Source: Deltaproteobacteria bacterium (GTDB lineage Bacteria; Bdellovibrionota; JACOXK01). From it: a stretch of DNA of 32,000 nucleotides. Positions 1-9,686 of this stretch are shown here, piece by piece. Made by a program: the position numbers and the translations under genes. Location: assembly GCA_016182335.1 (NCBI GenBank), contig JACOXK010000058.1, forward strand, positions 1 to 32,000. The letters are read 5' to 3'. The notes beneath the pieces were generated by a model. It was not told the DNA's origin. It did no database searches and saw only the letters and a list, made by a program, of their open reading frames with translations. Numbering within the stretch: position 1 is the stretch's first letter; the number at the start of each line of letters is the position of its first letter.

Positions 1-360
1 GCAACCAAAGATGATCTGAAGAGCTTTGCAACCAAAGATGATCTTCAAAAATTCGAAACAAGGATTGATAAAAAATTTGCTACCAAGGATGATTTGCAAA
101 ATGAATTATCTCGTTTTGCTACAAAAAATGATTTAATCGATTTTGAGAAAAGGATCGATACAAAAATTGATAAAAAAGTTGACGAAGGAATTGGCATTTT
201 GAAAGTTCTTATCGAAGATTTACGGAGTGATGTAAAATTACTAGCTGAAGGCAGGGAACCGCACACTCAAAAGCTTGAGCAACATGATAAAATTTTAGAT
301 GATCATGACAACAGAATTATCCAGCTGGAAGATTTTAATTATACAAAAAAAGAAATTTAA
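1..360 (+). CDS. 3' end of a coiled-coil protein with ATKDDL-type repeats (5' truncated by window)
   Basis: Frame 1 is open from base 1 to TAA at 358-360: ATKDDLKSFATKDDLQKFETRIDKKFATKDDLQNELSRFATKNDL... then a charged heptad-like tail. The track lists only the internal ATG at 94. Confidence 0.75.
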   Translation, partial: ATKDDLKSFATKDDLQKFETRIDKKFATKDDLQNELSRFATKNDLIDFEKRIDTKIDKKVDEGIGILKVLIEDLRSDVKLLAEGREPHTQKLEQHDKILDDHDNRIIQLEDFNYTKKEI

Positions 361-365
361 GCATG

Positions 366-1013
366 TTATTTTCGGTATAAAATAAATTCTTCTTCAGAGG
401 AAAATTGCAAGTAAGGATTGTTTTTGAACTCTTCTCTCAAAGTGGATGTAGGTTGAATTCCATAATGATGGGAGGGGTAAACTTTTAAATCCATGGGGAG
501 TGATTTGATTTTTCTATAAAGGGAGTCATACAGACTCGCTGGATCGCTCTGCGGTAGGTCACATCGGCCGCAACCTCCAATGTGTAAAGTATCCCCTGTA
601 AAGAGTTTATTTTCTAGGAGAAAGCAGAGGCTATCAGGAGTATGTCCTGGAGTATGAAATGCTTGAAATGTGAGGTTTCCAAGACTGATCTTATGAGCCT
701 CAAGAACAGAAATAAAATGGGCTTTAATATAAGACAGCTTATGAAGTCCATCGGGGTGAGCATATATTTTAAGATCAAAGTTTAAGCATAACTCTAAGAG
801 AGATTCGAGCTGATCTGCGTGAGAGTGTGTTAAGAGAAGAGCTTCGAGTTTTAGAGAGTTTTTATCGAGCAGCGAAACGCAGTTTTCATAGTCCAAAGAT
901 GGATCAATAATACAGGCCTTTGCTGTTTCCTGACATCCAATAACATAACTTAATTGATGAAAGGGACTGGATGTAACTTGTTGAAAATAATAAATTTTTC
1001 TAAATAACTCCAA
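366..1013 (-). CDS. MBL-fold metallo-hydrolase, ETHE1/glyoxalase II-like (persulfide dioxygenase-like)
   Basis: Motifs THSHADQ, HTPGHTPDS, LFTGDTLHIGGCGRCDL, DPASLYDSLYRKIKSLP, VYPSHHYG match the ETHE1-like pattern. Confidence 0.85.
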   Translation of the reverse strand: MELFRKIYYFQQVTSSPFHQLSYVIGCQETAKACIIDPSLDYENCVSLLDKNSLKLEALLLTHSHADQLESLLELCLNFDLKIYAHPDGLHKLSYIKAHFISVLEAHKISLGNLTFQAFHTPGHTPDSLCFLLENKLFTGDTLHIGGCGRCDLPQSDPASLYDSLYRKIKSLPMDLKVYPSHHYGIQPTSTLREEFKNNPYLQFSSEEEFILYRK

Positions 1014-1076
1014 AATATTACCTTTTCTCCCCTTGAATTTTATGACATGATACTTATATTAGTAGCTCATACAAAC

Positions 1077-3491
1077 ATGGATAAACAAGACAATCAACAA
1101 CAGCCTTCAGATCAGGAGCAAGATTCTTCAATTTTTCAGAGCGATCCTTATAGCCCAATTAAAACTCCTGATAACATTCCCACAAATCTTTTTATTCTGC
1201 CTTTACGAAATATTATTATTTTCCCAGGCATGATGTTTCCAGTAGTTGTTCTCAAAGAAAATCTTATTGAAACAGTAAGAAGCTCTCATTCTCAAACCCC
1301 TTATATTGGATTGATAGCCAGAAAAAAAACAGATCATGAGGATGTTCTTCCTCAAGATCTGTATGAAATGGGAATCGTCGCAAAAATTCATAAGATTATT
1401 AATCTTCCTGAAGGGGGTATTAGCCTTGTAGTACAAGGGTTGAAAAAAATGAAGGTTGAGCGCTATATTCGCACGACCCCACATCTTATAGCTAAAGTTC
1501 GTTACATTGATGATATCATTCAAGATGATGACGAAACCAAGGCTCTGTTTCGAAATGTTCAAAATCTTCTGAAAGAAATCATTTCTCTGAATAGGGATAT
1601 TTCCGAAGACATGAATCTAGTTCTTGCAAACATGACGAGTCCTCAGGTTTTAACAGATTTTATTGCTTCTCACTTCAAAATGAAACTTTTTGACAGACAG
1701 GATCTGCTTGAAACATTAGATGTCAAAGAAAGGCTTAAAAAAATAAGTTTGGTTCTATCTAAAGAACTCAACCTCTTAAAACTTGGCGACAAAATTCAAA
1801 GACAAATCAATAAAAAAATTGAAAAAAGTCAGAAGGAATTTTTTTTAAGAGAACAACTCAAGGCTATTCGAAAAGAGCTTGGCGAAGGAAAGGACGAAAA
1901 ATCTCTTGATATTGATAGATTTGAACAAGAGCTCAAAAATTTACCAGAATATGCAAAAAAAGGTATCGAAGAAGAAATCAAAAGAATGAAGTTGATGATG
2001 CCTGAGTCAGCTGAATATCATGTTATTCGAAATTATATTGAGAGCATTCTCAAGCTTCCCTGGACAAAAACTACAACAGATAATTCAAATATTGATCATG
2101 CTGAAAAGATACTCAACCGAGACCATTATGGATTGGAACGGGTCAAAGAAAGAATCCTAGAGTTTATGGCTGTACGTCAGCTTAAACCCAAAGGACATGG
2201 TCCTATTCTTTGTTTTGTAGGCCCACCAGGTGTTGGTAAAACTTCCTTAGGAAAATCCATTGCTGAATCCCTTGGAAGAAAGTTCTATCGTCTTTCGTTA
2301 GGTGGTATGCGAGATGAAGCTGAAATTAAAGGACATCGACGGACCTATATAGGTGCCATGCCTGGAAGAATCATGCAAGGAATTAAGATTTCAGCAACTA
2401 ACAATCCCGTATTTATGCTGGATGAGGTCGATAAAGTAGTGAGTTCCTATCAAGGTGACCCTGCCGCAGCTCTTCTCGAAGCGCTTGATCCAGAGCAAAA
2501 TGGAGAATTTCTAGATCACTACCTGGATATACCCTTTGATTTATCAAAAGTGATGTTCATTTGTACAGCCAATGTTTTATCAACAATTCCTTCTGCTCTG
2601 CTAGATAGAATGGAGGTCATTGATTTACCCGGATATATTCCTGAAGAAAAAATAGAGATAGCAAAGAAATATCTATTGCCAAAACAAATTGACGAAAATG
2701 GTATTCAACCTAAAAATATCAGCATCAATACAGAGACAATAAAAGATATCATTATGCATTATACTCAGGAAGCTGGGGTACGAAATCTCAATCGAGAAAT
2801 AGGCAGAATTTGCAGAAAAATAGCGACTCGTATAGCCAGAGAGTCCAATTCAAAATTATGTGTTGAGGTTAATGAGAAAAATTTGGATAAGTTTCTTGGA
2901 CCCCCAAAAGTTTTTGATGAAATAGTTCGAAGAGTTCAAAGTCCTGGGGTTGCAGTCGGGCTTGCCTGGACAAGTTATGGCGGAGAAATTTTATTCATTG
3001 AGTCGGCAAAAATGCCAGGCTCAAAATCGCTTGAAACAACTGGGCAGTTGGGGGAGGTGATGGAGGAATCTACCAAGATAGCCCTAAGTTATATCCGTTC
3101 TCACTGTTCAACATTTAAACTTAAAAAAATGCCACTTAAAGATATTGATATCCACATTCATTTTCCAGCAGGGGCAACTCCTAAAGATGGTCCTTCTGCG
3201 GGTATTGCGGTTGCAACTTCGCTTTTATCCCTATTTAAGAATAAACCGATGAAGCCCAGGTGGGCAATGACAGGAGAACTGACTCTTACGGGGCGTGTTT
3301 TGCCGGTTGGAGGAATCAAAGAAAAAGTTGTTGCAGCAAAGAGGAGTGGAATCAGAGATATTATTTTGCCCGAGAGAAATAAAAAAGACCTTGATGAAAT
3401 ACCTAAACATGTCTTGAAGGGCCTCACTTTTCACTTTGCAGAAACCTACCCGCAGGTCTACGAACTGGCGTTTTCAAAGGGAAGAGTCTAA
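1077..3491 (+). CDS. lon: ATP-dependent protease La (Lon)
   Basis: Walker A GPPGVGKTSLGKS, Walker B PVFMLDEVDK, proteolytic Ser motif PKDGPSAG, N-terminal LPLRNIIIFPGM. The ORF opens at 1047; MDKQDN... at 1077 is the more plausible start. Confidence 0.97.
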   Translation: MDKQDNQQQPSDQEQDSSIFQSDPYSPIKTPDNIPTNLFILPLRNIIIFPGMMFPVVVLKENLIETVRSSHSQTPYIGLIARKKTDHEDVLPQDLYEMGIVAKIHKIINLPEGGISLVVQGLKKMKVERYIRTTPHLIAKVRYIDDIIQDDDETKALFRNVQNLLKEIISLNRDISEDMNLVLANMTSPQVLTDFIASHFKMKLFDRQDLLETLDVKERLKKISLVLSKELNLLKLGDKIQRQINKKIEKSQKEFFLREQLKAIRKELGEGKDEKSLDIDRFEQELKNLPEYAKKGIEEEIKRMKLMMPESAEYHVIRNYIESILKLPWTKTTTDNSNIDHAEKILNRDHYGLERVKERILEFMAVRQLKPKGHGPILCFVGPPGVGKTSLGKSIAESLGRKFYRLSLGGMRDEAEIKGHRRTYIGAMPGRIMQGIKISATNNPVFMLDEVDKVVSSYQGDPAAALLEALDPEQNGEFLDHYLDIPFDLSKVMFICTANVLSTIPSALLDRMEVIDLPGYIPEEKIEIAKKYLLPKQIDENGIQPKNISINTETIKDIIMHYTQEAGVRNLNREIGRICRKIATRIARESNSKLCVEVNEKNLDKFLGPPKVFDEIVRRVQSPGVAVGLAWTSYGGEILFIESAKMPGSKSLETTGQLGEVMEESTKIALSYIRSHCSTFKLKKMPLKDIDIHIHFPAGATPKDGPSAGIAVATSLLSLFKNKPMKPRWAMTGELTLTGRVLPVGGIKEKVVAAKRSGIRDIILPERNKKDLDEIPKHVLKGLTFHFAETYPQVYELAFSKGRV

Positions 3492-3759
3492 GAAATTTTT
3501 GATAATTTTATAATCTTCAGGTTCTAGTTTTGTAAATTCAATACCTATGCCTGCTGGATCAGTTGTTGTTTCCTCTTTTGGGTTTTTGCACCATTTCACC
3601 AACCCCTCCACTTTTAAGAGCTGAGGGTTCGCTCAGATTATGAGAAACATAGGTTTTATAATCTTCTTCAACTGCGCCTTTAATGTGCAAAACAACCTGT
3701 GCTTTCACCTTTTTTCTAAAATAATGCCTTCTTTCTTGATCTTGAAGCATCTGCGACAT
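3474..3759 (-). pseudogene. PilZ-domain protein, disrupted by an internal frame-shifting deletion
   Basis: N-terminal part MSQMLQDQERRHYFRKKVKAQVVLHIKG...YVSHNLSE (frame ending 3559) is followed, in the +1 frame from 3632, by ANPQLLKVEGLVKWCKNPKEETTTDPAGIGIEFTKLEPEDYKIIKNFLDSSL* (stop 3474-3476). The two halves together look like a PilZ domain lacking its middle strands. Confidence 0.75.
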
Positions 3760-3801
3760 CTTATTTTACTCCTAACACGAGGGAATGGGCTTGTCGATGT
3801 A

Positions 3802-4272
3802 TCACTCAGACAAGAAGGAACGAAGCATCCACGCCATTTTTTCATGTTTTTCCATAAGACCGGTGAGAAAATCACTCGTTCCTGCATCTCCAAAATCTTT
3901 GTCACATATGACGAGATCTTTTCTCAAATACCCAATAATGGACTCATGCATTTTTAATAAATTTATTATCATAACCCGCGATTTATCCGTATTGGAACTA
4001 GCCTCGTGGACTCGAGCAAGTTTTGTTATTTGTTTTAAGGCGCCCTGAGCTATCGATCCCAATGTGCGAACGCGCTCGGCAACACTGTCTACCACTTCAA
4101 GTAACTCTTCGTATTGAGAATTGAAAAACTTATGCAAATCATTAAACTGAGGACCAGTGACATTCCAATGATAGTTAAGCGTTTGCGTATAAAGAACAAA
4201 TTCATCTGCTAAAAGTTTATTAAGTAAAGTTCCTACCCCTTCTCTAGAGTTTTCTGATAGACCGATATTCAT
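3802..4272 (-). CDS. dps: Dps/ferritin-like DNA-protection protein
   Basis: YHWNVTGPQFNDLHKFFNSQYEEL...DSVAERVRTLG; strong SD AAGGAGGTCAT immediately before the ATG. Confidence 0.88.
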   Translation of the reverse strand: MNIGLSENSREGVGTLLNKLLADEFVLYTQTLNYHWNVTGPQFNDLHKFFNSQYEELLEVVDSVAERVRTLGSIAQGALKQITKLARVHEASSNTDKSRVMIINLLKMHESIIGYLRKDLVICDKDFGDAGTSDFLTGLMEKHEKMAWMLRSFLSE

Positions 4273-4362
4273 ATGACCTCCTTTTCCTCCATGTAAACAA
4301 ATGAAAAGAATCGGGTCAATCGTCTGGACGAATGTGTTAGCTTAGATTAATCTCTCCTTATT

Positions 4363-5913
4363 ATGGAAATTTCAGAAAAAATTAAAGAACTTCACAAGAA
4401 AAATGAAGAAGCTGAACAGGGTGGAGGAAAACTTCGTCTGGCAAAACAAATAGAAGTTGGGAAGCTCACCTGTCGTGATAGGATTGCTCTTTTGCTAGAT
4501 GAACATTCATTTTCGGAAGTTGATAAATTTGTCACTCACCATTGCTCAGATTTTGGAATGGAAAAGAATAAGATCTTGTCCGATGGCGCTGTCACTGGGT
4601 ATGGAACTATTGATGGAAGACTTGTCTTTATTTTTTCTCAAGACTTTACCGTTTTCGGTGGTTCATTAAGTCGCACAAATGCAAATAAAATATGTAAAAT
4701 CATGGATTTAGCTCTTGAAAATGGAGCGCCGCTCATAGGCCTTAACGACTCAGGGGGTGCTCGAATCCAAGAGGGGGTTGAGAGCCTTGGAGGATATGCT
4801 GATATCTTCTATCGAAACACCCGAGCTAGTGGCGTTATTCCGCAAATCTCTGCTGTTTTGGGTCCTTGTGCAGGGGGTGCAGTTTACTCGCCGGCCATCA
4901 CTGATTTCATTTTTATGGTCCAGAAGACAGGTTATATGTTTGTTACCGGACCTGATGTTGTTAAAACAGTAACTCACGAAAATGTGGATAAGGATCAGTT
5001 GGGAGGATCTTTAGTTCATGCTTCTAAAAGTGGGGTCGCCCATTTTTCTTGCCAGGATGAGAGAACAACTTTGTTGTTGATTCGTGAGCTCTTGCGTTTT
5101 CTTCCTTCAAATAATTTGGAAGATCCGCCCCATCATGCAACTGCCGATGACATTCATCGGCTTGATAAGAATCTTAATTCTCTGATTCCACTCAATTCAA
5201 AAACCCCATACGACATGAAAGATCTTATTCATACGGTCGTCGATGATAAGTTTTTTTTAGAGGTTTGCGCACTTTATGCACCTAATATTATTATAGGGTT
5301 TGGTCACATGGGTGGACGGAGTGTTGGCATTGTTGCGAATCAGCCGAATCATTTAGCTGGGTGTTTAGATATACACGCCTCTATTAAAGCCGCCCGTTTC
5401 GTGCGTTTCTGTGACGCATTTAACATTCCCATTATTACATTTGTGGACGTCCCTGGTTTTTTGCCTGGACTGGATCAAGAACACGGAGGCATTATTAAAC
5501 ATGGAGCAAAACTCTTGTATGCCTTTGCTGAAGCAACTGTTCCTAAATTCACAGTCATAACAAGAAAGGCCTATGGTGGGGCTTATGATGTTATGAATTC
5601 AAAGCATATTGGCGCTGATCTCAACCTTGCTTATCCAACTGCTGAGATTGCTGTTATGGGTCCAGATGGCGCTGTCAATATCATTTTTAAAGACGAGTTA
5701 TCCAAATCGAAGGACCCACAACAGAGAAAAGAAGAGCTCACACAAAATTATAGAGAAAAATTCGCTACCCCCTATCAGGCTGCTTCGTTGGGTTATATTG
5801 ACGAAATCATTGAACCTCAATATACCCGAGAGCGTCTCATCAAGGCCTTAAACATTTTTAAAAACAAGAGAAAGAAGAATCCTTCCAAAAAACATGGCAA
5901 TATCCCGCTTTAA
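4363..5913 (+). CDS. pccB: Acyl-CoA (probably propionyl-CoA) carboxylase, carboxyltransferase subunit
   Basis: 516 aa; [78 protein letters not shown]. Confidence 0.92.
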   Translation: MEISEKIKELHKKNEEAEQGGGKLRLAKQIEVGKLTCRDRIALLLDEHSFSEVDKFVTHHCSDFGMEKNKILSDGAVTGYGTIDGRLVFIFSQDFTVFGGSLSRTNANKICKIMDLALENGAPLIGLNDSGGARIQEGVESLGGYADIFYRNTRASGVIPQISAVLGPCAGGAVYSPAITDFIFMVQKTGYMFVTGPDVVKTVTHENVDKDQLGGSLVHASKSGVAHFSCQDERTTLLLIRELLRFLPSNNLEDPPHHATADDIHRLDKNLNSLIPLNSKTPYDMKDLIHTVVDDKFFLEVCALYAPNIIIGFGHMGGRSVGIVANQPNHLAGCLDIHASIKAARFVRFCDAFNIPIITFVDVPGFLPGLDQEHGGIIKHGAKLLYAFAEATVPKFTVITRKAYGGAYDVMNSKHIGADLNLAYPTAEIAVMGPDGAVNIIFKDELSKSKDPQQRKEELTQNYREKFATPYQAASLGYIDEIIEPQYTRERLIKALNIFKNKRKKNPSKKHGNIPL

Positions 5914-7417
5914 AAAGATACTCATTGCAAACAGAGGAGAAATTGCAGTGAGAGTCATTCGTGCTTGTCGAGAATTAGGTATTTTATCTGTTGCGATTTA
6001 CCCATCACCAGATAGAACGTCTCTTCATGTCCGTATGGCCGACGAAGCCTACTGCCTGGGTGAAGACCCGATGGGATATCTCAATACAGAAAAAATTGTT
6101 GAAAGTGCTGTAAAATCAAATACTTGTGCCATTCATCCTGGCTATGGTTTTCTTTCTGAAAACCCAGAGTTTGCACAAGTCTGTGAGCAAGCCGGGATTG
6201 TCTTTATAGGTCCAAAACCTTCTTCAATTGAAAAAATGGGGCACAAAATTGTTGCACGAAAACTCATGCACAAAAGTGGAGTTCCTATTGTCCCAGGTTC
6301 TACAGAGCCCCTTCAATCGGCCGAACAGATTCAAAAATTAGCTCGTGAAATAGGTTTTCCACTTCTTCTTAAGCCAGCTGAGGGTGGGGGTGGTAAGGGA
6401 ATGGTTTTGGTCAGAGAAGAAAGTGAATTACAGCAGGCTTTCCAATCGTCTCGGCGAATTAGTAAATCTGCCTTTGGAAGTGATCTTGTTTATGCGGAAA
6501 AATATGTTGAACAACCCAGACATGTAGAAGTTCAAATATTGGCAGACTCTTTTGGGAAAACTATTCATCTTTTTGAAAGGGAGTGTTCTGTTCAGAGAAG
6601 GCATCAGAAGATTATTGAAGAAACACCATCAGTTTTTCTGAATGAACAGCAGAGAGAGGATATTTGTTTAAAGGCAGTAAAAGCAGCTGTGGCCATAGAT
6701 TATATAGGAGCAGGAACCGTTGAGTTCATTATTGATAAAAAACATAATTTTTACTTTATGGAAATGAACACCCGTCTTCAAGTCGAGCATCCCATTACGG
6801 AATGGGTAACAGGGGTTGATATCGTGAAGGAACAGATCAGAATTGCTCAGGGAGAAAAACTTCTTCTTGATCAAAATTCTCTTTCCCAAAAGGGGCATTC
6901 TCTTGAGTGCAGAATTTATGCAGAGGATGCAGAGAACAATTTTATGCCATCTCCTGGAAGGATTCATCATCTTGAAATGGCTCAAGGACCTTTTATTCGA
7001 GTGGATTCTGCCATTTACGAAGGCTATACTGTGCCACAGTTTTATGATCCTTTAATAGCCAAACTTTCTGTATGGTCATACAATCGATCTGCTGCTATTT
7101 CAAAAATGATATCATCTTTAAACGAATTTAAAATCTTTGGTATCAAAACAACTGAGAGATTTTTGATTGATTTACTAAACAACAATGATTTTAAAGAGGG
7201 TCGTTATGACACCCACCTTGTCGAAAATCATCTTAAGAAGAATGGTTTTTTAAAAAAAATGACAGAAGATGAAATAACTTGTGCGCTTATTGCATCTGGG
7301 ATTTGTGCTTATGAGTCCAGACATAGATCTTTGCAAGATAAGTTTTTCAATACAGATGCATCATCTTGGAAAGGGGTGAGTCGTCGTGAGTCTCTGAGAA
7401 ATTCTTATGATATTTGA
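5894..7417 (+). CDS. Acyl-CoA carboxylase biotin carboxylase subunit
   Basis: [76 protein letters not shown]. The start overlaps the CT gene. Confidence 0.94.
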   Translation: MAISRFKKILIANRGEIAVRVIRACRELGILSVAIYPSPDRTSLHVRMADEAYCLGEDPMGYLNTEKIVESAVKSNTCAIHPGYGFLSENPEFAQVCEQAGIVFIGPKPSSIEKMGHKIVARKLMHKSGVPIVPGSTEPLQSAEQIQKLAREIGFPLLLKPAEGGGGKGMVLVREESELQQAFQSSRRISKSAFGSDLVYAEKYVEQPRHVEVQILADSFGKTIHLFERECSVQRRHQKIIEETPSVFLNEQQREDICLKAVKAAVAIDYIGAGTVEFIIDKKHNFYFMEMNTRLQVEHPITEWVTGVDIVKEQIRIAQGEKLLLDQNSLSQKGHSLECRIYAEDAENNFMPSPGRIHHLEMAQGPFIRVDSAIYEGYTVPQFYDPLIAKLSVWSYNRSAAISKMISSLNEFKIFGIKTTERFLIDLLNNNDFKEGRYDTHLVENHLKKNGFLKKMTEDEITCALIASGICAYESRHRSLQDKFFNTDASSWKGVSRRESLRNSYDI

Positions 7418-7907
7418 GGCCCAGATTGCTGAGAAGTCTTATAAGATCGATGTTCAGAAAAAAATGGCATCCTACGTTATAAAGATTGATTCTTCAGTTT
7501 ATGATATTCCCTTAAATTGGGAAAATCTGTTTGAACTTCATCATAAAACTCAGCAGGTTATTGCTTCCACAGTTTCAAAAACAAAGTTACGCTGTTTTAT
7601 TAATGGTCGGGCTTTGGATGTATTTATTCAGACTGAACAGGAAAAAATTCAAAGTTCACTTTCGCAGGCTGAAGAAGGACGTGAGTTGATAACTTCTATG
7701 CCCGGGAAAATTGTAAAAATTCTTGTAACTCAGGGCCAAAAAGTATCGAAAAATGAATCTGTTCTCATTATGGAAGCTATGAAAATGGAAAACATTTTGA
7801 AATCCCCTTGTAGTGGGGTTGTTCAATCGATTTATGTTAAAGAAAATGATAGTGTTGAGGCACAAACTAAGGTGCTTGAGATTGAATGTGAACAAGAAAA
7901 AATTTGA
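7407..7907 (+). CDS. Biotin carboxyl carrier (biotinyl/lipoyl) subunit of acyl-CoA carboxylase
   Basis: Biotinylation motif [10 protein letters not shown] plus a C-terminal lipoyl-like domain ([23 protein letters not shown]); overlaps the BC gene. Confidence 0.9.
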   Translation: MIFEAQIAEKSYKIDVQKKMASYVIKIDSSVYDIPLNWENLFELHHKTQQVIASTVSKTKLRCFINGRALDVFIQTEQEKIQSSLSQAEEGRELITSMPGKIVKILVTQGQKVSKNESVLIMEAMKMENILKSPCSGVVQSIYVKENDSVEAQTKVLEIECEQEKI

Positions 7908-9474
7908 AACAACCTCTCATATCGAAGTCAAAGAACTCTATACTAGAGAGGATGTTGAGGGTGAAAGTGGGAAGAACAGAATTGAAACTTCTGGCGCTTT
8001 TCCTTTCACTCGCGGCATTTATCCATCCATGTATCGAAAAAAATTATGGACAATGCGTCAGTATGCTGGGTTTGCTACAGCGGAAGAGTCCAATAAAAGA
8101 TATCGATATTTGTTTGATCATGGACAAACAGGATTGTCTGTAGCTTTTGATCTACCAACCCAGATGGGATTTGATTCTGACTCCCCAAAAGCGTTTGCTG
8201 AAGTAGGGCGCTCAGGAGTTGCTATCGACTCTTTACAGGACATGGAAATTCTTCTTAAAAATTTACCACTGGACCGCATTTCAACTTCTATGACGATTAA
8301 TGCAACGGCTGCCACTCTGCTTGCATGCTACATTGTGGTTGGTGAAAAGCAGGGCGTTGATACAAAAAAACTTCAAGGCACTATTCAAAACGACATTCTT
8401 AAAGAATATATTGCACGGGGTACTTATATTTATCCTCCAGAACCCTCTTTGAGATTGGTTTGTAATATTTTTTCATGGTGTCAGAAGAATTTACCCCAGT
8501 GGAATACAATCAGTATTAGCGGCTATCATATCCGAGAGGCTGGATCGAGCGCTGTGCAAGAACTGGCGTTTACACTTGCAAATGCAATCACTTATGTGGA
8601 GCAGGCTCTTAAGTCTGGCTTGAATATTGATGATTTTGCAGGACGCCTTTCCTTCTTTTTTAATGGGCATAATAATTTTTTGGAGGAGGTAGCTAAGTTT
8701 CGTGCTGCAAGAAGAATGTGGGCCAATATTATGAAAAATCGGTTTGGTGCTAAACTTCAGAGATCCTGGATGTTAAGGTTTCATACTCAAACAGGCGGGT
8801 CTACACTGATGGCAAATCAAATTGAAAACAACGTCGTGCGAGTTACTCTTCAAGCTTTGGCAGCAGTTTTAGGGGGGACTCAATCGCTTCATACAAACTC
8901 AAAAGATGAGGCTTTGTCTTTACCTTCAGACTCTGCTGCAAAACTTGCCCTACGAACTCAGCAAGTGATTGCCTACGAGTCAGGGGTAGCAGATTTTGTT
9001 GATCCGCTGGGTGGGTCTTACGCCGTTGAGAGTTTGACAAATGAGATTGAAAAGAAGGCCCTGGACTATATTTCGTTTATTGAAAAAAGGGGCGGAGTTG
9101 TTGCCTGTATTGAAGAAGGTTTTTTGCAATCTGAGATTCAGAAAGAAAGTTATGCTTATCAACAGTCTATCGAAAATAAAGAACAATTCGTTGTAGGAGT
9201 TAATATTTTCCAGGAGAATGAAAAAAAGCTTTCAAAAGTTCAAAAAATAGATGAAAGATCAATTAAGAAACAAATCAGCAAACTTCAAACATTGAGAAAG
9301 AAGAGAAATTCAAAGCTAGTACGTGAAAGTCTTTCTCGATTGGAGCAAGCCGCCAAAACGGCATCAGAAAATCTCTTTCCGTATATTCTTGAAGCCGTTC
9401 GTGGCTATGCAACGGTAGGAGAAATATCTAATACTCTGAGAAATGTTTTTGGAGAATACAAACCGTCATTTTAG
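7888..9474 (+). CDS. Methylmalonyl-CoA mutase family, large (catalytic) subunit lacking a B12-binding domain
   Basis: [90 protein letters not shown]. The track ATG at 7813 lies deep in the BCCP gene. In-frame GTG 7888 or TTG 7882 are likelier starts. Confidence 0.9.
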   Translation: MNKKKFETTSHIEVKELYTREDVEGESGKNRIETSGAFPFTRGIYPSMYRKKLWTMRQYAGFATAEESNKRYRYLFDHGQTGLSVAFDLPTQMGFDSDSPKAFAEVGRSGVAIDSLQDMEILLKNLPLDRISTSMTINATAATLLACYIVVGEKQGVDTKKLQGTIQNDILKEYIARGTYIYPPEPSLRLVCNIFSWCQKNLPQWNTISISGYHIREAGSSAVQELAFTLANAITYVEQALKSGLNIDDFAGRLSFFFNGHNNFLEEVAKFRAARRMWANIMKNRFGAKLQRSWMLRFHTQTGGSTLMANQIENNVVRVTLQALAAVLGGTQSLHTNSKDEALSLPSDSAAKLALRTQQVIAYESGVADFVDPLGGSYAVESLTNEIEKKALDYISFIEKRGGVVACIEEGFLQSEIQKESYAYQQSIENKEQFVVGVNIFQENEKKLSKVQKIDERSIKKQISKLQTLRKKRNSKLVRESLSRLEQAAKTASENLFPYILEAVRGYATVGEISNTLRNVFGEYKPSF

Positions 9475-9557
9475 GGTTTGATAATTCATTTTATTCTGTT
9501 TTATTTCAGAATTTGAATCTCAAGGCACTTTCAAATACAAATTCACTCTTTTTATTT

Positions 9558-9647
9558 TTCAATGGATGGATTGGTGAAGATCACGAAGGATTCCTTTAAT
9601 CTCATCGTTTTCAGGATCGAATTGAAGGGATGACTCAAATTCTTTGA
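9558..9647. repeat. 90-bp direct repeat, copy A: orphan duplicate of the 3' end of the TPR gene at 21544-22041
   Basis: ttcaatggatggattggtgaagatcacg...caaattctttga matches 21543-21632 at 88/90 positions. The minus strand still reads KEFESSLQFDPENDEIKGILRDLHQSIH*. Confidence 0.97.
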
Positions 9648-9686
9648 AGTCTTTCCCGAATACAATCTCTTAGTAAGGTGTGCTAT

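Noticed and set aside
1203-1562. 119-aa minus-strand ORF inside lon
   Set aside because: Antisense shadow ORF of a strongly supported coding frame.
3640-3957. Plus-strand ORF (105 aa) and minus-strand ORF 3705-3905
   Set aside because: Compositionally atypical and antisense to the PilZ remnant and dps, or in an alternative frame between them; no recognisable domain.
9509-9557. AT-rich inverted repeats (GAATTTG/CAAATTC and ATTTGAA/TTCAAAT) followed by a T-rich run after the mutase gene
   Set aside because: Could be a weak terminator, but stems are AT-rich and mutually exclusive; not strong enough to annotate.
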